Of a DNA stretch of 64,000 bases, positions 1-17,429 are shown piece by piece (position 1 is the stretch's first letter; each line of letters begins with the position of its first letter). The position numbers were made by a program, and so were the translations under genes. The DNA is taken from the NCBI GenBank assembly GCA_964016885.1, contig OZ024743.1, positions 279,496,001-279,560,000 on the forward strand. Reading direction: 5' to 3'. The stretch is from Eledone cirrhosa. Taxonomy: Eukaryota. The notes under the pieces are model-generated. The model had not been told where the DNA came from. It searched no databases and saw only the letters and a list, made by a program, of their open reading frames with translations.

Positions 1-65
1 TATTTTGTCTGATGAAGGCATACCATAATGTAACTTGGTATCCTTGAAATATATATAATGAAATA
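1..65 (+). ncRNA. Type I minimal hammerhead ribozyme
   Basis: tattttgt-CTGATGA(9-15)-stem II (aggcatacca/tggtatcct)-GAAA(46-49)-tatat-ATA-atgaaata. Stem I is 8 bp with 2 GU pairs. Confidence 0.8.
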
Positions 66-195
66 AATATGGTTTTATAAATATAGTTTCCATTTATTAA
101 TATCGTATATCTACTCCAAATATTTGTCGAGTGCTTTATATCAGTTATAAAAATATTTACTTGTTGTATCCCAACAATTTAAATAAAACTTTTGC
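1..195 (+). mobile_element. 3' end (pseudo-LTR plus tail) of a Penelope-like element, family A; truncated by the window edge
   Basis: Homologous to 13283-13482, 57139-57333 (rc) and 58674-58782 (rc). Contains an HHR and ends in (TA)n. Confidence 0.8.
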
Positions 196-235
<40 letters not shown>

Positions 236-420
236 GTGTGTACATATATCTAAGTAACAGCCGTACTAAGAATGGGAAATGAAATTTCGTTTCATTTTTT
301 TCCGTTTATCGTTTTCGGTGCACCCGGCCGATTAACCCACTCGATATGCAAATTGGGCTACTCAGCCGTTAATATGCATAAGGTAAGTATATACGTTCAA
401 CAATCTGGCAGGAAGGTATA

Positions 421-461
421 CGTGACTGACGATGGCTAATAAACTTGAAACTAGTACAGCG
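421..461 (+). ncRNA. Type I hammerhead ribozyme (unit 1, stems slightly degenerate)
   Basis: cgtga-CTGACGA-tggctaataaactt-GAAA-ctagTA-cagcg. Confidence 0.6.
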
Positions 462-840
462 ATTCTTTGTCAGTGTTGAACAAATGAGCAACGATGGTTG
501 CTGGACACTACGGCTTAATACGGGATGTTTGTTTACAAACACACCGAGCATTATAATAAATGTTCGGTGAATCCATACGTACATAGATATAAGTGTGCAT
601 GTATGTATATATATATTCATACTACTGTACGTCTGTATACATATATGTATGTACGTGTACGTACATATATTTAAGTAACAGCCGTACTAAGAGTGGGAAA
701 TGAAATTTCGTTTCATTTTTTCCGTTTATCGTTTTCGGTGCACCCGGCCGATTAACCCACTCGATATGCAAATTGGGCTACTCAGCCGTTAATATGCATA
801 AAGTAAGTATATACGTTCAACAATCTGGCAGGAAGGTATA

Positions 841-881
841 CGTTGCTGACGATAGCTAATAAGCTTGAAACTAGTACAGCG
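841..881 (+). ncRNA. Type I hammerhead ribozyme (unit 2)
   Basis: cgttg-CTGACGA-t agct aata agct t-GAAA-ctagTA-cagcg. Stem I is cgttg/cagcg; stem III is the palindrome ACTAGT. Confidence 0.85.
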
Positions 882-1127
882 TTCCTTTGTCAGTGTTGAA
901 CAAATGAGCAACGATGGTTGCTGGACACTACGTGTTAATCCGGGATGATTGTTTACAAACACACCGAGCATTATAATAAATGTTCGGTGAATCCATACGT
1001 ACATATATATATATATGTGCATGTATGTATATATATATACATACTACTGTACGTCTGTATACATATATATATGTACGTGTACATACTTATATATATATAT
1101 ATATTTACATACATATATATATATATT

Positions 1128-1163
<36 letters not shown>

Positions 1164-1492
1164 GTAATTAGGAATATTCCAAAGCCTGGTAGAACAAGTT
1201 GTTTAGGAAAGTTATCAACATACGTTAAGGTGACTCGACAGGTTGGTAGGGATTCTGTGGTGGAAACACGAACAAACGAGGAGTGTAATCAAAAAAGAGA
1301 AATAGGAGGAAGGTAAAACAGTTACAAAAGGATTTAATCCACGTATTAACAATTGTTTCATCAGAATTTCAGTCCATTTTTGCTACACTATGTCATAATA
1401 GGCAATCAGAAAGATACTGTGACATCCGAATTTTCAAAATACAAACTTGAAATGACCTTAGGAAAAGAAATATGGGGTAGTAGTGTAAAATA

Positions 1493-1547
<55 letters not shown>

Positions 1548-1553
1548 GTGTGT

Positions 1554-1586
<33 letters not shown>

Positions 1587-1611
1587 ATATATATACATAA
1601 TTGAAATGATT

Positions 1612-4630
<3,019 letters not shown>

Positions 4631-4730
4631 TATTTATTAAAATAACAGATTAAAGTTTCAGCAAAGAATCGCTGCTTTCACCCTTATCGAGCCCTCTTTG
4701 GATTTTAGTCTTCAAATTTATTATTATTAC

Positions 4731-4761
<31 letters not shown>

Positions 4762-4846
4762 TTATTAAAATATGATATTAAAAAAAAACAAGAAAAAACA
4801 CGCACGCACATACAGAATCCACGCAACGCCTGTACCCGCACACATA

Positions 4847-4938
<92 letters not shown>

Positions 4939-4943
4939 CGTAC

Positions 4944-5004
<61 letters not shown>

Positions 5005-5062
5005 ATAAATTAATAAAAATAATGAATAAAAACAAAGAAACGGTTCCTTATATTAAAAAATT

Positions 5063-5199
5063 CATCATTTTACGATCGTTTCTAGGATATATATGTTTGT
5101 GTTGGTATGTATATCATATAGATCTATGTAAAATTTTTACAAACTATCAGAGGGAATATACATTACCTACACATATATATTCTGTCTTCAGATATAATG
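5063..5199 (-). ncRNA. Hammerhead ribozyme with ~100-nt stem II insert
   Basis: rc: cattatat-CTGAAGA-cagaatatatatgt...acatatatatccta-GAAAC-gatc-GTA-aaatgatg. Confidence 0.55.
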
Positions 5200-5938
5200 A
5201 TATTTGTTTATTGAAAAAACCAACAAAGATTTAATATAATAGGTCTGTTTGGGAACAGGTTTTGAATTGACGAATAGAGAGGTAGTAAATGGTCGAGATG
5301 GTAAAATAGTAGTAATAGAACTTTAATTTAGGGGTAGAGGAAGGCAGATTTCAGTTTGAATGGAAAGAGTATGATGAATGAAAAGATTATTTTAGGGATG
5401 AAAATAGGTCAAGTCGGTAAAAAGTACACGAAAAATTGATATTATAAAAGAATAATTCCAATGTAAATATCTAAGGAGAAAAAACATTTTACGATAAATG
5501 TGTTAGTGAAAAATATCAATCTTATTTAAAATATAGGGAATTTACATCTATAAAAAGAAAATAAATTAATTAAATTGATTAGGTATATTTATATTGATAA
5601 ATTTATATTAATTCATATAGATATGATAAATAAGAGTTAGATGTAATTGAAGAGTGCTGTTAAAAACGAAGGGAAAATAAAAAAATAATAATTATTATTA
5701 TTGGGGGAGGGGGGAGTTAAATTTATTAGTGAGAAATAACAAATTTATATAGATTATAAGGAACATAGAATCATAACCTGAAATTAAAATAGTTTATATG
5801 TATACTTAATGGTATAAATTTTAGGAAAAGATAGCTGTAAAAGGGAAATAAAATTATGCAGTTCATTAGTAGTAGAATATTAATTATAGGTTAACTGATT
5901 TAAAAGAAGTGTTATTATAATAATTTCTAAAGTGTATA

Positions 5939-6538
5939 TTAATTAGGTTTATAATATTTAAAAGTTATTCTCAGTTTATGATTACATGATATAATTAATT
6001 CCTGTCGTTTATTTAATAGGATATCCTTAGATTTCATTATTTCAAAAAGTTCCTGGGAACATAATCTACATTCATATCTATTATTTTGATAAGGGGTGGC
6101 CCTTTTGAGCACACCCCAGGTCAGGTCATAATCTATATTCCTCTTTCTATAATTATTAATTATTTCAGCTAAAGATGTTGTATTAGCTAATGCGGCATTT
6201 TTAAAACTGTGTTTGTGGGTATTAAATCTTACTTTAAATTGGTTAGAAGTAGCTCCTATATATGAATAAATTGAGTCCTTAGTGTTAACTTTACACTTAT
6301 ATACTATGTTATTAATAAGGCAATTTCCTTTTAATGGGCAATTTGCTTTGTTTCTACAGTTACAACCTTTCGTGAATGCTGTATCAAAGGAGATAGTCAA
6401 ATTAGGTGTGGAATTTTCACGACTTGTTGTATGTGAATGAGATGGTGGTTTGCAGTGATTTACTTTAGTATTATGGTTAGTTTGATGTATTGGTGGTATA
6501 TTCATGTTTTTTTTTACATTTATATGCATTATAGGCAC
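5939..6538 (-). pseudogene. PLE GIY-YIG endonuclease domain
   Basis: GCNCRNKANCPLKGNC...NIVYKC...YIGAT...FKVRFNTH...CRLCSQE. Confidence 0.85.
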
Positions 6539-7559
6539 TTATATTTTGTTGTATGTTTTTGGTTGTTGAATAGGAGAATTTAACCGTTGATCTATTTAAA
6601 TTTGGTGGTATTTGTGGTTTGGCGGGAAGTTTTTCTCTAGGATAGTAAAAAATTTTTTAGGTATATTATCTTTAATTTGTAGATTAAATGGAGCATTATA
6701 CCAAGTAACTCGCTTATTACGGTTTCGATGTTGTTTATTATTTTTATAGGATGTATCCTGATCTTTATTAAGAGAATTATTGTTAATGATTTTATTACAC
6801 ATATGTTCAGTTAGATTCATTGATTTAGGTGTTTTAGCGTGTTTATTAGGAATTTTATTATTAACATATATTGGAGTATTAGGATGAATAGTTTTTTGAA
6901 AGTTACTATATTGTATATTAGAAGAGTTAGAGAAATTAAGTTTTATATTGGTATTTTGGGGTATAGTGTGAGTGGCATTTAGGTGTGTATATTTCATTTG
7001 TTGTTTGTTGGTAATATTGGGTTGTATGTTTGTAGTGTTAATGGTACAAGGTATATATACTAATTTGTTTTTGTGGCCACTTCTAGCTAAAGCTTCGTTA
7101 TAAAAGGTCGCATTTTTATCAAATACATCCTGGTTAGACGAAAGGTTAGAAATTCTGAGTGAGATATTATATGCTAGGTTTTTAAGGATAGATTTAGGGT
7201 GATTAGATTGTGAGTGTATGTAATGTAAGTTTTGGTTAGGTTTATGGTAAGGTTGGTAGATACCCGTAGATAAGTCTAATGTTATATCAAGGAAATTAAC
7301 TACTTTACTTGTGTTTTCGAATGTAATATCTAGACTATAATAGTCTTTGAGGAAAGTTCTAATAAGTTTTTTATTTTTTCAATTTCTGATAGGCTAAGGT
7401 TATTGGAAAGAAGTAGACATTCGTCACGATATAAACCTCCTTTAAGGTGGGGAAAAGAAGAATTTATGTTAAATAGAAGAAAGAGGCTCACAAGATCGGT
7501 AATTTGGGCAGAATCACTTAAGCCGATAGCAATGTCGAATAGATTACTATATATATATA

Positions 7560-8246
<687 letters not shown>

Positions 8247-8645
8247 TAATAAATTTGAAGAGTAAAATCCAAAGACGGCTCGATAGGGATAAATATATAT
8301 CAGACATATAAGAACCGTAAATGCGGGTTCGTACGTATGTAAGGTGTGTGTATATGTGTAAATTGTGTTTGGTTGACGTACGTCGGCGAACATATGTGTT
8401 TTACACGTAGGTATGTGAGCGCGCGCGTTATATTTATTTACGTATTTATGTGTGTATATTTATATATATTATGTTACACCCCCCACCCACAATAACACAT
8501 ATATATATATATATATTTATATATATTTTTATGTGTATTTGGTGTATACGTTCGTATGTGTGCGGGTAGAGCGTTGCGTGGATTCTGTATGTGCGTGCGT
8601 GTTTTGTTTTTTGTTTTTTGTTTAATCTGATATTTTAATAGATAT

Positions 8646-8747
<102 letters not shown>

Positions 8748-8816
8748 TATGAAGAGAGAAGAAACATTTAGATATAATTAGTAATAAAATGTATCATACC
8801 TAAACTGTTCCTAAAT

Positions 8817-8904
8817 TCCTCGACTACGTAGTTTCGTGGCATAAACAAAAACAATATATCAAAGATATAGAGTCCTTGCGAGGTCTGCCGACTTATCAAG
8901 AGGA
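8817..8904 (-). ncRNA. Type I hammerhead ribozyme, U3-A8 core variant
   Basis: rc: tcctc-TTGATAA-gtcggca...tgccac-GAAAC-tacgta-GTC-gagga. Confidence 0.7.
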
Positions 8905-9408
8905 TACCTCATTTTACTAGTCTCAAGAACGCGTCTACACGACGTGAGAAAGAATCCCAAAAGGCGGAGGGGGGAGATAGTCACGCGATATAACGGTCGA
9001 GAAACAGAGCTAAGCCTCTTATAACCACGAAAAAAATACCACGGAGGCGGAGGGGGTATTCATATCGAGGCCGTAGAAGAGGTAGTGAAGAAGGCGAGAA
9101 GTATGAGTAATGGAAGTTTTCCAGTTGTCCCCACACTTCAAAGATTGCTCGACCAGAGGGAGTTATTAATACATTTAGAAACACACAGATACATGCGGAC
9201 ACACACATATATACATGAATGCATCCGCACCCAACTGTGAGTTAAGGGTGCCAACTTCACCGATGTTGCTCAATGAATGACTGGGACAGACCAATTCAGT
9301 TTGAACCAGACTGAACCAGTATCAGAGTTAAAAATACATTATGAAGAGAGAAGAAACATTTAGATATAATTAGTAATAAAATGTATCATACCTAAACTGT
9401 TCCTAAAT

Positions 9409-9496
9409 TCCTCGACTACGTAGTTTCGTGGCATAAACAAAAACAATATATCAAAGATATAGAGTCCTTGCGAGGTCTGCCGACTTATCAAGAGGA
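9409..9496 (-). ncRNA. Type I hammerhead ribozyme, U3-A8 core variant (second copy)
   Basis: Identical to 8817-8904. Confidence 0.7.
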
Positions 9497-9673
9497 TACC
9501 TCATTTTACTAGTCTCAAGAACGCGTCTACACGACGTGAGAAAGAATCCCAAAAGGCGGAGGGGGAGATAGTCACGCGATATAACGGTCGAGAAACAGAG
9601 CTAAGCCTCTTATAACCACGAAAAAAATACCACGGAGGCGGTATTATACCACTTTAATCTGTTATTTTAATAA

Positions 9674-9717
<44 letters not shown>

Positions 9718-9719
9718 TG

Positions 9720-9784
<65 letters not shown>

Positions 9785-9786
9785 TG

Positions 9787-9849
<63 letters not shown>

Positions 9850-9945
9850 GTATATAAATATATATATGTATATATATATACATAAATATGTATGTATATA
9901 TGTATATATATATGTATGTATATGTATGCATATACATATGTATTA

Positions 9946-9984
<39 letters not shown>

Positions 9985-10062
9985 ATGTATGCATATAAAT
10001 ATGTATGTATATATATGTATATATATATATACACACACATAAATATATATATACATATATAT

Positions 10063-10140
<78 letters not shown>

Positions 10141-10190
10141 ACATGTATTTATTTATGTGTGTATATATATATATAAACATGCATATTTAC

Positions 10191-10270
<80 letters not shown>

Positions 10271-10365
10271 TATATAATTTATTCCGGGCTGAATCGGAAG
10301 TAACCATAGTAAGTAAGGTACTCAATACATAGCAGACTTTATAAGTTTTAATATAGAAGCTCTTC

Positions 10366-10488
<123 letters not shown>

Positions 10489-10645
10489 GAGTGTGTATAT
10501 ATATATACACACATAAATATATATATATATGTACATATATATATATGTATATATAAAAATATATATATATATATATACATATATATACATATATATATAT
10601 ACCTATGATATTAAATAAATGGAAACTATATTTATAAAATCTTAA

Positions 10646-10708
10646 TATTTTATTACATATATTTCAAGGGCATTCAAGCCAACCATTGTGCGCTTTCATC
10701 AGATAAAA
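10646..10708 (-). ncRNA. Type I hammerhead ribozyme (family A)
   Basis: rc: ttttat-CTGATGA-aagcgca...tgccctt-GAAA-tatatGTA-ataaaa. Confidence 0.7.
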
Positions 10709-13282
10709 GACAAAGTTTGTTTTATAAATAAAGACGTACCCATGAAGATTCAACCTTATTGGTCGGAAATTCGCTGGTTAGTGCAAACATATTAGCGAAT
10801 ATTCAAAGTTATGTATGAATATGCAAATGAATATTTAAATAATTGAAAAAACAACCGTTTATTTAAATGATGCTGGGGACAAAATAGGGAAGAGAGAGAG
10901 CGAGAAAAAATATTAATATTATGAGATAGAAAGAGAGATAAAATTTACAAGAGGGTGAATAGAACTCATGTAGCGTAAATAAGTTTTAAGTTTATATATA
11001 CTAATGGTACGTATATTTACTATTATTAACTTGTTAGAATTCGTTTCTAATATAATATAATATAATATTTACTATTATAAGTAGATAGAAAAATAGATAA
11101 AAAATAAATATATATAAAAAATATGTTGAAAAATAAGTTGAAAATTAAATAGATAGATAGATAGATATATAGAAGAATCAAGAGATAGAAAAATAGATAT
11201 ATGAATGGATAGATGGGTATATCTTGTTATATATAATTGTTTTAATGAGATATGAGGGATATTGGTTTATGTTTATTGTAAGTAATTGAGTTAACTGAGT
11301 TAATAAGAATATTTATATATTTTAAATGTTTTTAATTGGCAAGATACGGAAAAACCACCAGTTTGTTCGTTTATTAGTTAGTATGAGACCATTTTGTCGA
11401 AGATATAAATGTTGAAAGGTATATTTAGCCTGAATTAGTTATTGGTTATAAATCTAATAAAAGATATTAAAAAATTTTTATGAAAAAAATATTGAAAATT
11501 CTGGGAAATTAGCAGAAAATACTTAAAAAATACTTAAAAAACATTAAAAAAATATTTTAAAAATATTTTAAAAAAATACTTAAAAAATACATTTGAAATA
11601 TTAAAAAAATATTTAAATAACATTTAAACATTTTTAAAATATTTTTTTTAATCTTTTAAAAAATCCTTAAAAAACTTTTTATAAAAAATTTTCAAAAGGT
11701 TTTTTTTTTAAATTTCAAAAAGTTTTTTTAAAAAGGTTAACATTTTTTTTTTTTTTTAATTTAAAAAAAAACTTTAAAAAAAATATTAAAAGTTATTAAA
11801 AAATATTTTATACGAGATAAGTAGATATTTTTAAAAATAAGAAATTTTTCAAAAATTAAGTAATTTTATAAAAATAAATATATGAAACATTTTGGAAGTA
11901 AAAATATTTTGGAAGTAGAGAATAATTAATAATGAAAAAGAAAGATTTTAAAAGTAAGAAAATAAAAATAAAAAATAAAGAATTAAAAAACCTTAACAAA
12001 TATTAAAATTAAAGTTAAAATTAAAAATTAAAATTTAAAAATTTTAGGAACCTATATGTATATAATTTAAGACATTTTAATAAGTGAAGTTATAAGAAGT
12101 GAAAATATAGCAAACAATATATCGAAATAAGTAGAAATATTATAAGTGTAATTATAATTTATATATAGTTCTAAATGTTGAATTTAGGCGATGTTTACAA
12201 GAACTAAATAAATTCGTACGTATATTAATAGAGTTCTTACATTTAAGTATGAAGAAAATTTCCTCAACACACAATTTACAAAATCTAGATAAAGCTGTTT
12301 TTCGGTAGGTAGGTGATTTTTGAAATTATTTCCCAAGTTAAAGAATAGTCCGTATTTTGGGATTTTAAGTTCCATAGGTTTGATAGAGAAGTTGAAAATT
12401 TTTTACCAATATTATTAAACGAGCATTTGTGATTATTAATACGAGTTTTAAAGTCTGTAGACGTTGAACCTACATAGTTAAATATATTATCACTGGTTTT
12501 GACTGTGCATTTATAGACCACATCCTTATCTAAGCACTTATTTTTTAAAGGACAGTTAGATTTAATTCCACAATTACATTTAGCGGAGTTGATGTTATTC
12601 GGAACAGTATTATTATGTTATTCGTAACAGTATCTTCCCAATTTAAAGCATTGAAAATATATAAATATTCTTATTAACTCAGTTAACTTAATTACTTACA
12701 ATAAACATAAACCAATGTCCCTCATATCTCATTAAAACAATTATATATAACAAGATATGCCCTTCTATGCATTCATATATCGATTTTTCTATCTATTTTT
12801 CTATCTCTTGATTCTTCTATATATCTATCTTTCTATCTATTTATTTTTCAACTTATTTTTCAACATATTTTTTATATATATTTATTTTTTATCTATTTTT
12901 CTATCTACTTATAATAGTAAATATTATATTACATTATATTAGAAACGAATTCTAACAACTTAATAATAGTAAACATACGTACTATTAGTAGATATAAACT
13001 TAAAACTTATTTACGTTACATGAGTTCCATTCATCCTCTTGGAAATTTTATCTCTCTTTCTATCTCATAATATCAATATTTGTTTTCTCTCTCTCTCCCC
13101 CTTCCCTGTTTTCTCCCCAGCGTCATTTAAATAGACGGTTGTTTTTTCAATTATTTATACATTCATTTGCATATTCATACATAACTTTGAATATTCCCTA
13201 ATATGTTTGCACTAACCAGCGAATTTCCGATCGATAAGGTTGAATCTTAATGGGTACGTCTTTATTTATAAAACAAATTTTG

Positions 13283-13347
13283 TATTTTATCTGATGAAAG
13301 CGCACCAAGGTCGGCTTGGTTGCCCTTGAAATATATATAATAAAATA
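13283..13347 (+). ncRNA. Type I hammerhead ribozyme (family A)
   Basis: tattttat-CTGATGA(13291)-aagcgcaccaag...cttggttgccctt-GAAA-tatatATA-ataaaata. Confidence 0.8.
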
Positions 13348-13480
13348 AATATGGTTTTATAAATATAGTTTCCATTTATTTAATATCATGGAATATTTAC
13401 TCCAGTAATCTTTTGAGTGGTCTAAAGCAGTTAAAAACATTTATGTTTGTCGGAATTCCAACAAATTAAATACAACTTCT

Positions 13481-13527
<47 letters not shown>

Positions 13528-13907
13528 TAACTAAATCTGGAATTACTGGTTATAATAAATTTAATAACTATAAAATACTTTTCTATTCAGATTTAAAATA
13601 ACGAGGTTTTCATTTTGGTATGTTTGTTACTAGCTTAATAGTGTTACTATATGGATTTATCTAATATATACATGGTAAACGTTATAAAGAACAACACCTG
13701 ATGTAATAAATTAATATATAAAATATACTCAGACACACACGCACACATACACACATATTCACACACACCGCGCCCGCGCTTACAAATTTATGTTCTTATA
13801 TCTATGTGTTCGGAAATGGACATACATCTCATGAAAGAATAAATTAACATTGGTAAATGTATTGAATGCTCTTAGATGTTTACGCTTTTACATCTATATA
13901 TATATAT

Positions 13908-13963
<56 letters not shown>

Positions 13964-14021
13964 CTGTGTGTGTGTGTGTGTGTGTGTGTTACATATATAT
14001 GTTATACACACACACACAAAC

Positions 14022-14053
<32 letters not shown>

Positions 14054-14304
14054 CAAAACATATATATAACATTAAAGAAGGTGCTGTGTGTGTATGTGTC
14101 ACTGTCCCCCTACATCCAAATGGTATCGTAGAGGCACGGTCGTGGCATAGAGTCTGGTGAGCAATTTATTAAAATGGCGGTGACCATCACGCACCAGGTC
14201 TGAACACAGATTATTTATTTCAGATAGTGGGGAACAGAAGATTGAACTCTGGTACTGGAATGGTACTTTTATCGACCTGAAAGCTAGAGATATAAATTAA
14301 AGAA

Positions 14305-14364
<60 letters not shown>

Positions 14365-14366
<2 letters not shown>

Positions 14367-14790
14367 AGTTTGAGATCGGTGTGGAAGTCGGACCTTCGTA
14401 AAGACCTGATGATTCGTCTGTTCGTTGCTGTAGTGGAGTCTGTGCTGCTGTACGCGTCTGAGACTTGGACACTGACCAAGACACTCACTCAGATGGTGGA
14501 TGGGTGCTACACGAGAATGGTGAGGATGGCTATAAACATTAATAAGTATACACTGAGGATGAAGAACAGAGAGCTATACGGGAGCCTCCCAAAAGTCAGC
14601 TCGAGAGTAGCACAGAGGAGACTGAGGTTAGCTGGACATGCTTACCAAGATCCAGACTTGACACTGCAGTCAGTGCTTCTGTGGGAGGCCTGCATGAACA
14701 CATTGGAAGAGGACATGGCAGCGATAATGAGGGACAGAAACCGCTGGAGAGGACTCCTCCATGGATTTCGGGAATTTTACCCGCCCTTGA
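14365..14790 (+). pseudogene. RTE-clade LINE, C-terminal RT/thumb fragment (5'-truncated)
   Basis: IRLFVAVVESVLLYASETWTLT...DGCYTRMVR...RRLRLAGH, typical of the RTE ORF2 C-terminus. Confidence 0.8.
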
Positions 14791-14811
14791 TATATATATA
14801 TATATATGTAA

Positions 14812-15010
14812 CGGAGTTGTGGTAAGGAACCAGATGGACCATAACACACCAGAGTACTCAATACATAGAGTAGTAGAGTGCGTAATAGGAAAATGTATGA
14901 CACCGACGGCAGAGCTCAAGCCGTATCGACGTCTATTTGTGGAGTCGACTGTGTCCAGAAATAGCCGTCGAAACGGCTTGAACCCTGCCGTCGGGGTCAT
15001 ACATTTCCCT
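14812..15010. mobile_element. Miniature inverted PLE-end insertion, family C
   Basis: The minus arm with tail (14812-14943) is inverted relative to 14955-15010. Homologs at 15033-15108, 37408-37503, 44487-44672 and 51715-51900. Confidence 0.65.
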
Positions 15011-15105
15011 ATATATATATATATATATATAACGCACCAGAGTACAGTTCTGATCTAGCTGTCGAAACGGCCGGAGCTCAGCCCTCAGGGTCCTGACTCT
15101 TTTCC

Positions 15106-15164
<59 letters not shown>

Positions 15165-16173
15165 TGTATATCCTGCTTAAAAGCGCCCTATGCAAATGAA
15201 ACTAATTAGCTTGTATAAATAGGCGTTAACAGTAGATGTTTGCGGTTTAATTTGGTTCCAGTATGAGACGAGGATATAGGTGCGTTACATTAACAACGGT
15301 GATGTTGCTAAAAATGGCTGTCGGTTGCACCCCCACCCCGTGCTTCTGCTAAAACAATGTAGGAAAGAGAAACAAAGTTAAAAGTAATGCCCATCATTAA
15401 CAGACCAATTTATCATCGGAGGGATTCTGTAAGGTATAAGAAAATTATAAACTCACGTGGGGAGAAACTGTCACCATCTCTCATCGAACCAGTCCTGTCA
15501 ATTTATTGGAATTGTCTGGCTTATTCTTCAGTTGTGAAACTGGAGGCAGGGAAATTTAGTCAGGCTTTCAAATTTTAGGTTTCTTGACTGAATATGTCTC
15601 TAGGGAAAGATGCTTGTGAAGTGTTCATTTTAGACTACTTTGTTGAGACCAACGTTTCAGTAATTTTGTATAAGATGTTCTCTCTCCCCCCTCTCTCTCT
15701 CTCTCTTTAACTGTCTGTATTTTGTGTTTATATATATATATATTTTAATTTTAAGTTACTAGATATCAGTCATATTTCTGCAAATTTAACTGAAAAAGCA
15801 TTGCTCAACCTGAAGCTACAACTGTGCTTTACCAGTATGACACCCGCGGTCTGACCCGAGAGCCTATAAATATTTGCACCAAGAAATTCCTCTCTGTGGT
15901 TCAAGCTCTGGCAAAGTCATGTTGTGGAAGATCCGCACTCTCCAGCGATGTCGTTCGAGGGAAAGGCGAAGGAGAACACACCTTGGGACCATTGAAACTA
16001 CAGTTACCCTAACTGGATCATCATGAAATAATGTGTCTTGCACAAGGACATAACGTAGCGCCAGCTGCGAGAATGGAACTCACATCCTCACGAACGATTG
16101 TTAAACCACCTCAGTAACCACAAAACCAAACCACGCGATTACACACACACAAACACACACATATATATGTATA

Positions 16174-17285
<1,112 letters not shown>

Positions 17286-17288
17286 AAA

Positions 17289-17321
<33 letters not shown>

Positions 17322-17326
17322 TGGAC

Positions 17327-17357
<31 letters not shown>

Positions 17358-17429
17358 GATATATATATATACATATATGGATATATATATATATATATAG
17401 ATAAATGGATATATATATATATATATATA

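Larger units (their letters stand above)
243..1082 (+). mobile_element. Two tandem ~420-bp non-coding units, each with an HHR (non-LTR retrozyme-like)
   Basis: Near-identical direct repeat with a 420-bp offset (e.g. 251 vs 671). One HHR per unit, flanked by (TA)n, no credible ORF. Confidence 0.75.
5005..7550 (-). mobile_element. 5'-truncated PLE with RT, CxCx5C linker, GIY-YIG and long 3' UTR
   Basis: Minus-strand RT fragment LFDIAIGLSDSAQITDLV...GGLYRDE (~7420-7545), then WYNAPFN...KFFTILEKNFP, then the EN ORF at 5939-6538. Frameshifted. Confidence 0.85.
10604..13482. mobile_element. Family A PLE: minus-strand EN plus 3' UTR (10604-12600) joined to an inverted plus-strand pseudo-LTR (12660-13482)
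   Basis: rc AKCNCGIKSNCPLKNKC...VYKC...YVGSTSTDFKTRINNH at 12285-12590. 10604-11320 is the reverse complement of 12660-13390. Confidence 0.85.

Noticed and set aside
369-1022. Duplicated 77-83 aa minus-strand ORFs
   Set aside because: Antisense to the HHR repeat, start in microsatellite, no domain signal.
1335-1378. HHR-like GAAAC-aatt-GTT on minus (similar half-motifs at ~7945, ~24930, ~32685)
   Set aside because: CUGANGA and/or stem I missing or mutated; too degenerate to call.
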